Source of the DNA: Paraphysomonas bandaiensis
Lineage: Eukaryota > Protista > Chrysophyceae
Length of the DNA stretch: 64,000 nucleotides
Reading direction: 5' to 3'
NCBI GenBank assembly: GCA_965644295.1
Contig: CBFFRP010000386.1
Location: forward strand, 1 to 64,000
In this document: one piece after another, positions 51,765 through 63,449 of the stretch
Layout of the letters: every line of letters starts with the position of its first letter
Position numbering within the stretch: position 1 is the stretch's first letter
Notes under the pieces: generated by a model
Told to the model about the DNA's origin: nothing
Databases searched by the model: none
What the model saw: only the letters and a program-made list of their open reading frames with translations
Position numbers and translations under genes: made by a program

Positions 51765-51991
51765 TATGTATGTATGTATGTATGTATGTATGTATGTATG
51801 TATGTATGTATGTATGTATGTATGTATGTATGTATGTATGTATGTATGTATGTATGTATGTATGTATGTATGTATGTATGTATGTATGTATGTATGTATG
51901 TATGTATGTATGTATGTATGTATGTATGTATGTATGTATGTATGTATGTATGTATGTATGTATGTATGTATGTATGTATGTATGTATGTAT
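51765..51991. repeat. (TATG)n microsatellite, about 225 bp
   Basis: Seen directly. Confidence 0.99.
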
Positions 51992-52142
51992 CTGTTGTTT
52001 GAAGACGTGTAATTATCAGCAGAGTTTGCTTCTCTGTGTATAGGGAATGGTGCGGTCTCCCTTGTTTACGTTTTATTGTTTCTGTTGATTTGATTTAGAG
52101 TCGTGTCTGTGTCAGTGTGTTTGTTGTCTGTAGAATTTCATC

Positions 52143-53807
52143 ATGCTGAGAGCGGAGCAACTCGCGCTCATTCAAGAGGTTCACAGTATCTTTCAATATG
52201 TTTACCTGAATGACTGGTATCGCGTATATTAACAGGCTAATCAACAGCTGCTTGCGATCCGAGCAGCGGAGATGGACTATTATGTGGCTGCATTCTCTAG
52301 TTTTGGGACACAGGCCTCCCTTATCGCAGGATTTACTTTAGGTTGTTATTGTATTACGCTTGTGTTGTTTGTAATATAGATTTAGGAACATTGACGGGAC
52401 TAGATGTCGCCTCTTATTCTGTAAGTGAGGTATGGAGAGCTGTATTCTGGATATCTACTAGCATATCTATGGCGGCGTCAATACATTGCGTGCTCACCAC
52501 TACGTTCGCTAATATATACGGACCAAATTTAGCGTTGCGGGGACCCTCTGGGTTAGTGTTATACTTTAATACTTCTTGTCTGTAAATAATTCCATCATTG
52601 CAGGTCTATGGTGCGCGCCGTAAAGGGAATGATTGCTGAGAAGTCTGGTATATTCGTGTCTTTTATTATAGCTCTCGTGGCCTTCCAGTGCATGACATTA
52701 GCGACTACCTGGGTGGTGATGAAGTTTTATGGTGCATGTGTTTGTACCGTGCTTCTTATTGGCGGTGGAGTGTACTGGTACAAGTATTGCCTGAGGATTT
52801 ATAACCGCTTCAAGTTCATAGAACCGGACATCGAATGGCGTAATAGTGACATGGAGAATTCCAATCTCGCTACCACTGCCTCTTACAATAGCAAGGAACC
52901 AAAGCGCGCACCTGCGGTTAATACAGATAGCTCCTTTGAGGGGTGCGTTCGTACATATTTGATGCTAATGTTTGACTAAATTGTTTGTGTGGGATGCTGT
53001 GTACCAGATCTCATAATTCGGATGATCGTGGCGGGGATTCAGTTTCTTCCAGTCAACGAAGCCAAACATCTTCATTCATGTCGTTTATGTGGCGATCGAA
53101 AGGGAAAGACCAGCGGACTGATGGGTCTCATATCCCTTCCGCTACAGAAAGAGCACTGCAAGCGGCGGCGGCTCCTGTTGAGATGCAAGGATACATGTCC
53201 GAAGGGGTGTCTTCCCGAAAGGGGTCGAAAGTAGAATGGGCTCGTAGATATTTCGTTTTGAAGGTAAGTTTAGTTGTAGGAATTATTGCTATGGTTATGA
53301 TTTTATAAATATGTATTAGGGATGCAGAATGTTATCTTATAGACGGCGAGAGGTACATGGCATTTATTATTTACTCTTCACTCTTCAATGTATGAATTGT
53401 AATCAACAGGACTTTGAGGCGGATGCATCTAACAGTATCAGAAGCCGTCCATTGGACTTGTTTGGGTTGGTTTTACTCTAAAACTACATCACCCTTGCTG
53501 AACTTAACCGTATGCCCTGCTTAGGTATGCCGTAATTAGTTCCTCACGCGAAGCCTGTCCTCCATATGAGATCCTCCTTCAGGTGGAATAGCACTGTACA
53601 GATTTTAAACCAATTTAATATTTTGCACCTTCAGCCTGAAGATCCCGATGACGATAGGCGTGCCTGGTGTTTCAGGTTGATTTTTATATTGCTTTTAATT
53701 AAAACATTATGCGTAATTAATGTCATTGACATGTCAGATGCGACACAGAAGAGGAGATGAAATCGTGGATACAAACATTTACCATTGCTGTTCGACAGGA
53801 GTACTAG
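52143..53807 (+). CDS. 4-TM membrane protein with a C-terminal PH domain, multi-exon
   Basis: GTQASLIAGF, GPNLALRGPSGSMVRA; PH: MQGYM...WARRYFVLKG...WCFRCDTEEEMKSW. Confidence 0.8.
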
Positions 53808-54370
53808 TGAACGTGTGTCACTGTCGCAGCTGTGAGTTCCAGTATTGGTTGTACTGAAATATATATTTATATACACAAATTCTAACAAATATACTAAATA
53901 CATATGTAAGCTTGGAATAACTTGTAATGGCTTGACTCTACTGAACATAAACTTCCGGACCGACAGTGAAAAAATGATAGTACGCAGTTTTAAGTTTGAA
54001 GTAGGTTAATAAATACTACTTTGCAGTAGTTGTGCAGTATTTCTAATAGACACTCTTGTTAAGTTTTGATTGTTTTGTACGCAATTAAAGCTCCATTGCA
54101 AGGTATTTAAATTATGGCCGTTACTTGAATGTAATACAGTAGCTAAAAAAGTAGTACATGAACTCATGATAAGATATGAATTATGTTAGTAAAACTGAAA
54201 TATATTGACTATATAACGTTGTCACTACCTAATATCCTTTGATATTGGTTGGTAATATATATAGATGACATAGATTTAGCGAATTACAACATTACAACAA
54301 ATTGATTATTGAGTACGCCAAGGTCACCAAGAGAGCTCGACTTAGATATTAATATATTATGAGGACTTCG

Positions 54371-54457
54371 CCCTCAACAAAGTCGGACTCGCACCTTTTC
54401 GTGGTGTTCTGGGGGATAAGTACCGGAGATATTTCTCCGGGAAACTAACGTGAGCCG
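54371..54457 (+). ncRNA. Candidate HDV-like (L1Tc/ingi Pr77-type) self-cleaving ribozyme
   Basis: P1 CCCTCAAC/GTTCTGGG (imperfect), P2 CTCGC/GTGAG, P3 ACC-TTTTCGT-GGT, AGTA, P4 CCGGAGA-TATT-TCTCCGG, GAAACTAA. Confidence 0.65.
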
Positions 54458-55543
54458 CATATTATATAGTCAGCAGATATATTGTTCTGCCCACTCATAG
54501 CCAAATGCTTGTGTGGTACAAGGGACACTAACAAGTGTCACTTGTGTAGACGTCTTTGGGCCCTGACGAATAAACAGGCATCCGGGAATGGGCCCACCAG
54601 AAGGGTAACCGGGGTATTAGGCTGCCTGCTGAAGTTAAGCATCCGGGATGTTCACCTTAAGAACTCAAAACACCTGAAGTCAGCAGATGTCAGGTATATC
54701 AACATTCTGCTTGCTCCCTGCGTTTGCTTTGAGTGATTGATGCTGAGTATGAGTTCACATTATTCGGTATCTGTGTGGCCAATGACCGAGGTAATGCGTC
54801 AAACTTTCCTCATGGATGCATGGCAATGGCAATGATGTGATTAGACCTGTCATGTCTTCTCACACGTCTACTGCCTAGTCTTGGTTTCTCCTGACCCAGG
54901 TCATTGAGATTATATCAAGGCTCTGGCACTGTTCTCCAAGCAGTGTCAGGTACATTTGTGGTGCTTTAAATTATGTTATTCTTGCTTAGTAGGTTTTCAT
55001 CCGAGCGGGGAAGGTGCACGGTTTCCTACTAGTGTAAGTCACTCGGGAGAAGAGTGCAAGGTGGATGCATGTGCTGGATGAGTGCACACAATGGAGGGAA
55101 GATATTGGAGTCAGCTTGAATTTGTAACAGATTTTGGTAGATGTCTGTTTCATGCGTCAGTGTGCAAAATTGCACCAGTGAGACCGCTTCGTGACCGTGG
55201 GAGGACCCGGCGCTATAGAGCTACTTTATTCTCCCTTCCAGACTACCTGCTGCTGTGAACACCACCTTGAAGAGGGCCGCATATACAGGAGACATATGCC
55301 GAAGACACCGACCGCAAGTTGTTTGTGTTAGGACAAGTAGATTGGGCAGGAGCGTATGATCCGGCTTAAACACGCAACTCGTCGTATGCCCATGTAGCTA
55401 ACTAAACCGTGTTGTATAGTTGAGCTTTTGTCGGTGCATGCAATAGTAACTAGATGAGAGTCATGTTATGCATAGTGTCGCGCGAGTTGTTAGGTTGGTC
55501 GCGGCAACGCACAAGCTTGCGCTTCTTAATAATCAGATTTTCC
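54371..55543 (+). mobile_element. Composite non-autonomous retroelement with a 15-bp TSD: ribozyme-like head, SINE body, cargo, LINE-like tail
   Basis: TSD attatgaggacttcg at 54356-54370 and 55544-55558; tail gcggcaacgcacaagc...aataatcag. Confidence 0.85.
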
Positions 55544-56020
55544 ATTATGAGGACTTCGTTTTTGAGCAAAAAAATGTACTAAGTAGCATGAATATCGCAC
55601 GCCTCTATTGATAGATTCGAGAACTAGAGCATTCTGTCATATCCAGCTGTCTAGTCTTGTTAACATAATGGAGTCGGCTTAAACTATAGTAGCCGATTTT
55701 GGTAGACGTTTGCAAATGTTAAATGTGAGACCGCTACGTGACCTGGGAGAACACGGTGTACAGTAGGTCTAACGTACTCACCTGCTGTGATCACCACCTC
55801 TTGAAAGGCCCTCCTATATAGATTTGCCGCATATATACAGGACAGATAATATGCTGAAAACACGCACCACAGGTTGTGTGTGCTAGGACAAGCACGTTGA
55901 TCTGGCAGCATCAGGCAACTCGTCGTATGCAAGCATGTAGATAATTTAATCGTGTTGCATAGTTCAGCATGCAATGGTAACTAGATGGAAGTCATGCTAT
56001 GCTTAGTGTCACGCAAGCGG
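54970..56020 (+). pseudogene. Two decayed tyrosine-recombinase-like fragments (about 54970-55490 and 55690-56020)
   Basis: VILA**VFIRAGK (box I-like), TDFGR, PVRPLRD, AVNTTLKRAA, HRL..GQA..DLAASG (box II-like); heavily frameshifted. Confidence 0.45.
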
Positions 56021-56344
56021 TGTCATGTTTTTTTTATGTGTTCCTACTTAATTGAATATGCCATTTGTTCCTACTAAACTAAAAGTGACAGTTGAGCCGA
56101 ATTTAAATACAGTAGTAGCATTAATTTGCTTTTTACGTAGTACGAATGTTTGAAAAATGAAGTAGGCTCGATTGCCATTTTTAATGGAATAGGAACGGCC
56201 GCAAATATTTTAGTAGGAGCAAGGAGCAAGTGGCACTTTGCAGTTACGTGGAGGAACGTCGGTTAAATTTAGAATTTAGTAGGGAAATATGTTTGTTGAA
56301 GCAACGCACAAGCTTGCGCTTCTTATAAATTCTATATATTATCA

Positions 56345-56785
56345 AGAAGTTACGACGACAGCTTGACACCCAGTATCGATCGACCAAGTATATATTTAGT
56401 ACAACTAACGTTGTGGAGTGTTTTTTTCATGACACACTTGCGACAAAGAATGAAGACCCCACGACGCCTCAAACTGCTGCTCTTCCTTCGCTTCAACAAG
56501 CACTTGTGGACTACAAAGACAGTGCAAAGGGTCATCGATGATGGACCGTCTCATGACGTCGTCGGTATGAGGGGTTGAAATACTTAGAGTACATTGTTTT
56601 TGGGATTTCATCATCATGTTGTAACCCCTCTACATAAACAACCTCTACACCACTACTAACTAGTTACTACCGATCGAGCTAATCTTTTTTATTAGCGCCC
56701 AATATATTTCAATATAATATTGAACATATTTATTAATTATTTTTTGTTTCTGCTGGCAATATATTGTTATTGTTATCGCCCCCGT
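56345..56785 (+). mobile_element. hAT transposon 3' remnant
   Basis: STTNVVECFF...MTHLRQRM..PRRLKLLLFLRFNKHLW; inverted paralog of 41278-41885. Confidence 0.75.
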
Positions 56786-57253
56786 TCTATATACCATTCA
56801 CGACCTCGTACAAGCGGATCCACACGATCAATTGTATTGACAGAGACAACTCAGTGAACAGTAAAGCAAATCTGAAGTTTGCAAACCAATAAATTGTTAC
56901 CCATTCCTATGGGATCTGTAATCTGTACGACATACATTGTTACAGTCGGCGGTAAGTGCTATGATTCAGTGCAGAAGGGGTCGTACCTAAAGCATGTCAT
57001 ACGAAGAAACTATCGGTAATTCAGCATCCATTATATTATTATGACTGCAACAAATGTTTGGCACACATCAGCCAAACAACAAATAAGTCAATAACACTAT
57101 AAATCACACAAAAAGAGTAATCATTCATCATTCGCCATTAAAATTGTGTCGTCAATTTCCATGGAACAGTGTAAAATTTCCATATTATCATTTGATCTTC
57201 AAAGACACGTTAATACATCCGCGCCGTCACACATGGCAACGACTAGCCAACGA

Positions 57254-58918
57254 TTACTTATCCGTGACAGCCAGTTTAACTAGAGCCAGGAAATGGGAAA
57301 TATTACAGTCGTCATAGAGTGGGAAAATGCGTATAAAGAGCCTCTTTTTTGTTCCATCAGGCATTGTGTGCGTATACAGTGCATAGCAGGATATCTGGTT
57401 CTATGAAACATACGTCAGAGCCGCGTGTGTGACAAATGGATATCAACTGACCTGTACACCTCTAACCAGGTCAGAGGTGTTATCTTCAGTATCTTGTGAG
57501 TTCCGGGTCTGACTTGAGTCACTTAGAAAGGGACAAGGCATGTCTATTGCATCAGCTGCAGGGATTCCACACATACTACACCATTTCTAAAGCAAAGCAG
57601 TGAGAAACGCAACATTTTCGGAGTTGTCTGGACTTACCTCCGAGGCAAAGTTAATCCTATAGGGAGAAGAGGGCTTAAATACGACGCGGGCTTCGTCAGG
57701 TGGACAGTCTGGATTCGTAATCATCACCAGAGCTAGTGTATTCGGAATTACTCGGAAACCTGTCACCTGAGAAGAGGAGGCTCGCCGCAAATGTTGCATA
57801 AATGACATTACGTCGAAAATCAACTCAACGGATTGCAGTTTTCCTTGGAGATTGAAGACTGCCGTCATCATACCCTGTTTGTAACACTCGAAGTTTGCAC
57901 CACAGGCGACCGCATTCTCAGTTTTCATTACCCAGCGGCACATGACAATATCACCAGTGCAGACCATGTCTTCCATTCCACAATAATACTGCAATCTAAC
58001 CTATATACACATGTCAGGACGGAAAGTCAAAGACATCTTCCATAGGGAGTACACCTTTTCATTATGATGTGTAGCAAGGGCCTGAAGCATGGTGTGTAAG
58101 CTGGCAGTGTCGGCCACAACCGCATCGACACCCTGAACACATCGTATACCACACACCACTTCGGCAGGAGAGAATATTCTGTATGGGGTGATTGGAGTAG
58201 TTAAATAAAAATCGTCTGCCAGAATAGTTGACCATTTCTGGCGATCTGTTTCACCGAATGCACGAAGAAAAAAGAAAGTCTGAAGCACTTGTTTCCTGAG
58301 CATTGACTGCGATATATATTAGTAAATATTACTGGATTAAGTTCTGAGAACTGACTTCATTGGCGATTCTGGATAACTCTGCCCGAAGATGCACTTCATC
58401 GGCATCACGCTCACACCCCAATGCATGTATTGTTTGTTTGAGTGTATCTATGAAGTTCTTCTTTCTTAATCTTGTATTACGAGCATGTTCTCTATTCTTC
58501 TCCTTAATATTACTCGTAGAGGAGTTATAGTCATCATACCGAGGTCGTTTACCCCCACCATTATCACTGTCAGAATCTGTGCTACAATAATCCGCATGTT
58601 TAGTTGAATCGTCATCTGAATTAGATGCGAAATCATCAGAGTTACTCTTTGAAGAGTTATGATCGAATCGCACTGTAACATCTCCTGACTTCCTCATATC
58701 CTCCTTCCCTTCATGCCCGCCTTCAGAGGACAGACCGGTACAGTACGCACTTGATGATATTTCCATTACAACCGCTGCTCCATTTATGCACTCTGTGTTA
58801 GTTCTAGTGAGAGCTCCACTCTGCTGTTGCTGTAAGCACCTCAACATATAGTGTATACACACATCAAAGTGCCGTACGTACGTATATGAAAACACCGCTT
58901 CAGTTCTCAACCTTCATG
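57254..58918 (-). CDS. bZIP transcription factor with a C-terminal PAS-like domain, multi-exon; start uncertain
   Basis: KEKNREHARNTRLRKK basic region; EARVVFKPSSPYRINFAS...WCSMCG...LFIRIFPLY...HFLALV. Confidence 0.8.
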
Positions 58919-59262
58919 ATTATGGTCCAGTAACCGTATTACGGAGTAGTGACGCACGCCACACATGCAGTGATACCGTACACTACTGAATGTAATGTCT
59001 TGAATTTTTTTCTTGGACTTTTGGTCATTCTATATAAAACCAGGAGTTTTAAAACTCTTCAAAAACTCTGCACTTCAAAAAGCATAAACCATTTAGAAAA
59101 ATGGTGGTTTTGATGCCACAGTTCTAGAGAATCTCCACCTTCATACTGCACACAACAGCAAGAGTGCTGCAGCGGATATCGTTTCAGTTCAGTCATTTGA
59201 AATCGATAATTAAAGCACCTGGCTTGCAAAACGTAATTGGTGATCAAGACATATATCTTGAG

Positions 59263-60446
59263 ATGAACTCTGATCAACAACATCCTTATGATGAGGTGTT
59301 CATGCAAGTTGCAGGGCGACTTGGGGGAATACAACCTCTACTAGATACATTCTTCGGATTCCTGCATCGAAAGACTGATTTCTATGTACAGTTTGAAAGA
59401 ACCCAAAAGGCTAGCATGGGGTTTCCGAAAGGTGTTGCTGAGAAGATGGTAATAACCAACCTTTTTTTCTTCTTTCACGTTTATGCATTTAACATACGCG
59501 CAGCTTCTAGATTCTTTTCACAAGTATCCATATAAGCAATACACCGACCCCAGCCAGGATACTCATTGTGGCCGGACCATTTTAGATGAGTCGTCTCCGA
59601 AGAAAGAAAAAAGCCCTGTCGCGGATATTTCTCCCGTATCTCCGAGAAGTATGCCTGTTGTAGATGAAGGTGGACCCCAGGTGCCAATTGGGAATGGCGG
59701 CCATGCAGAGCGGTATTACTGGACACAAACTCTGAAAGAAGCCACAGTTTATGTGGATATAGATGCACCAGGCGTGCGAGGGAAGGATGTGAAGTGTGTA
59801 ATAAAGCCTAGAGAGCTTTCTTTAGTCGTCAAGGGGGAGAATATCATACAGGGCGAGTTTGAAGATGCAGTTAAAGTGGATGAATCAATGTGGACCCTCC
59901 TTTCCGATGACACTAGTGAGGGAAGAAATCAGCAAGTTATAATTACTCTAGACAAAACGCGGCACACCTGGTGGAAGCATATACTGAAAGGCGATCCTGA
60001 GATAGATACTACAAAGGTAAATTTACTCGCTCGAACTGCTACCCCTAGTATAGTTTTTCATGCTACGCTATACGCTGAGAGCATGATGTAAATACTTTTG
60101 TGACTATATCTTTCGGTGATTACGTATTTCTATGTGATGTGAATTGAACTAGGTGGATTCGACGCAGAATATTAGTGAGTATGACGAAGAGACTCAAGCC
60201 ACTATCAGGAAGATAATGTTTGATCAGAAACAAAAGGTGATGTTCTTCCTGTATGAATGCATGGTAGATTTTTTTAGTAGTTGTAGTGATTTGTATAGCA
60301 TTATTCGAAGTAGTAAATGTTGGTTTTAACAGCGGCTTGGTCTTCCGACGTCTGAGGAATCGAAAGCTGATGAGATACTAAAGAAGGCGATGTATGCACC
60401 GGGTAGTCCATTTATTCCTTCTGGCGAACCCGACTCATCTTCGTAG
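59263..60446 (+). CDS. NudC-family CS-domain co-chaperone, 4 exons
   Basis: LLDTFFGFLHRKTDFY, GNGG..YYWTQTL, GDPEIDTTKV, DEETQATIRKIMFDQKQK. Confidence 0.92.
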
Positions 60447-61785
60447 GTATCGCATCTTAGTACACCACAGACTACATAACAATATATACAATTTAAGATA
60501 CATCACTATCTCGAAATATGTTACGTACAATATATTCGTGTAAAGCGGATTAGTGTTTGGTATGTTCCTTGGAGGCATGTTTCGCGAAACCAGTCATGTT
60601 ATAGAGGTCGCGTTCGATTCCCTCCTACAAAGTGTTTTCAAAACATTAAAAAATGTCACTCTACTACCTTACAATATTGACACAATTATATTTGGTGCCT
60701 ACTACCCTACTCAGACCCTTTTAGGCAGTGATTATATCAGTCACAGTTGTGTCGTATATATTAAACATAGCCACTGAGGAGAAGATCACTCAGAAATATA
60801 TACTATATACCAGCTCACCCACAACCAAACCACTCAGTGAAGGCTGAGCAGTGCTATTGTTTGCAACATATAGTTTCATTTAAAAAGAATTTAATTACTT
60901 TATGATTTTTTACACACTAGTAATGTATCACACTACCCCGACAATGTTTCAATAATACGGGTTCAACTTTGTCAGGCGTGTCATCAAAACATCTCAAATT
61001 CGGTTTAGGTTTATGCAACTATGTGAACGTTAATATTGTTATCATTCAAATACAATCAAACCTCAAGTATCGTTTAAACACATACCAATAGTTAGCTTTA
61101 AAAAGTAAATAAGACATAAGTCCGGTAGAACAGAGAGTGGAATTATCAATTGAATAACAATTTTAAAATATGAGGGATGAATTTCTACAAAAACACATAT
61201 ATGACACAACAAGGCATATAACAATGTAGAAAACTATAGAAATATACATGATATATACGGCACAGTGATGCATCATATAAGGGGAGGATGCCGATACGGT
61301 GCATTCATTAGCGGCATATGGGGAAATCAAAATCCCATCCTTGGAGCTCTACCTCAGAGAGGACTCGAAAGCCATGGAAAGCAGTGGAGTGATATGAGTG
61401 ATATCCTCACAACAATAACACCAAGATCGCTCGTGGAATCCTAGTCCGTAAACTACAGTGTATTCCACGTACTGCTGTACCTGAATCCCACTTTTTGGAC
61501 TGCAGAGGGCAACAACAGGCACACGCCCAGCTGTCTGGCTGTGTCCCATGACACCCTAAAAAGCGAGGAAAAGCGATAAAAAAATGCCATTTTTTTTAAA
61601 TTTAAACACATTTTGATTGAAGGCAGCAGGCAGCATCCACTTCTCGTACCTGCAGTGTCCACATGAGGAATATGATGCACACGCTGCAGCGTATGATATA
61701 CGAGTATGTTGCCGCTATATGTGTATTGACTATCTTGTATTTGTAGTCATTCATTTCGAGGGTATCAGGAGGGATAAGCTCACCA

Positions 61786-63449
61786 ATGAATGATTTATCG
61801 CACAGCAGCTTAGACGATATTCCCTCTAAGAGGGCTCGTATCGATTGGAATGCAGAGTTGAGTGAGCACAACATCATCGACCTTGACGATATCCCCACCC
61901 AAACTGACTTGTATCCAGAAGATTCAGGGGAGACAGTCATCTATCTTCCTCGTCTGCGTGCTCGAGATATCTGTTTCTTTATGGGCATATGTTATGAAGA
62001 AGAGAAGATCGAGAGATTTGCACAAAACAGCATTCCGATTCCTGATTTCTTGAAACGCATTACAATTAGGAACAATAACAATCATGAAGTTATTGACACC
62101 ATAAAGAAAAGAATAAAAGAGTATGAAGTATTCTGTAAAATATACCTGGATGAACCACACGAAGAAAATAGAGAAATTTTGCGACGGGAAATCAGGAACT
62201 ATCAGGAAGCTGTATTATCACCAGAGAAAAGCACAATTCCTTTTATAAACTGCTTGCCATTATCGGTCAGACTATATTGAATATATAAAATTACCATGAC
62301 CTTGGAAATGTAGGCCGTCCTTAATATCAATTGCTTTGAGGACAGAAGAGACTATTCAAGTAACCCGCCTAATACGGATCACCGTTCCCTAATGTTTATA
62401 GAGATATCTGGTTTACCAGAGATGGTTCTCCATTGCTCCGACTATATTAGGAATATTGCCCCCTCACTCTCGACCTGGAGTATGCCTAGTCACTGGTCCT
62501 TAGGGTGTGTTTCTAATGCATATGTGCTAGTTGAGGTGGAAAGCAACTCACTTGAGTGGAATAATGTTTTGCGAAATGGAAGGTAGGCTACCCGAGGTGT
62601 TGTGGTGGATATTCTATATTTTTGTATCAATTAGTGCCATGGCTTTTTATATATTGATAGTTATATGAATCGCCTTATTACAGATATACGGAGAGTTTAC
62701 CAATCGAAATCCAATCCATAAAGCGCATAGAAAATTTTAACTTGTATCGACAATACGCTGAAAAAAGGAAGAATCTCGTACTTTATAAACAAGAAGCAGC
62801 TTACAATGAGATGTGGCTCTGGCATGGGACTAGTGCGCTTTCGACAGATTGTATTGCGAAAGAAGGATTTGATTTTCGTCTTGCAAAGAGAACTGGGCGG
62901 TGGGGAACTGGAACCTATTTCACCGATAGTGTGTTATACGCCACAGGATACTCAAAAATGAGAGACCTCCCTAAAGAATATCCAGATATCGTGAAAGTTT
63001 TAAAGCAAGCAAAGGTATCATAGGTACTACTTCTGTTCTTCGACGTTCTGATTTATTGTGAATATTAGTCGATGGAGGATCAACACAAATATGGGTTCAT
63101 TCGTGATAATCTCTTTAAGAAATATGGACAACTCAAAGTAGAGGAGATTTTTAGGTACATACGAACAAAAAAAAGATGTTTCGATATCATTCTAGCTCAA
63201 GTCGCGGTAGGAAGAGTGGAGCATCGATATGCAGATCCTGTCAGTATAAAAGTACTATAATATGCTGAATCTCATCTATGTATACAGAACATTTCACGAC
63301 CAAGTGATCAATATGACTCCGTTTGTGGGACAATAAGCCAGGATAGAAATCAGGGCAATATACATATTATTTATGACTTCCATCAGGCATATCCAGCGTA
63401 TATTATATCCTTTAATAAACAACAGAATTTTTCCGATATGACTCGGTAA
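61786..63449 (+). CDS. PARP-catalytic-domain protein (probable mono-ADP-ribosyltransferase), multi-exon; may start further upstream
   Basis: WLWHGT, GFDFR, WGTGTYF, LAQVAVG, YDSV, NIHIIYDFHQAYPAYII. Confidence 0.85.

Noticed and set aside
54371-54460. tRNA-derived SINE head
   Set aside because: No A box or GTTCRA B box and no cloverleaf; the pseudoknot layout fits better.
57254-58918. Aureochrome
   Set aside because: No LOV GxNCRFLQ motif.
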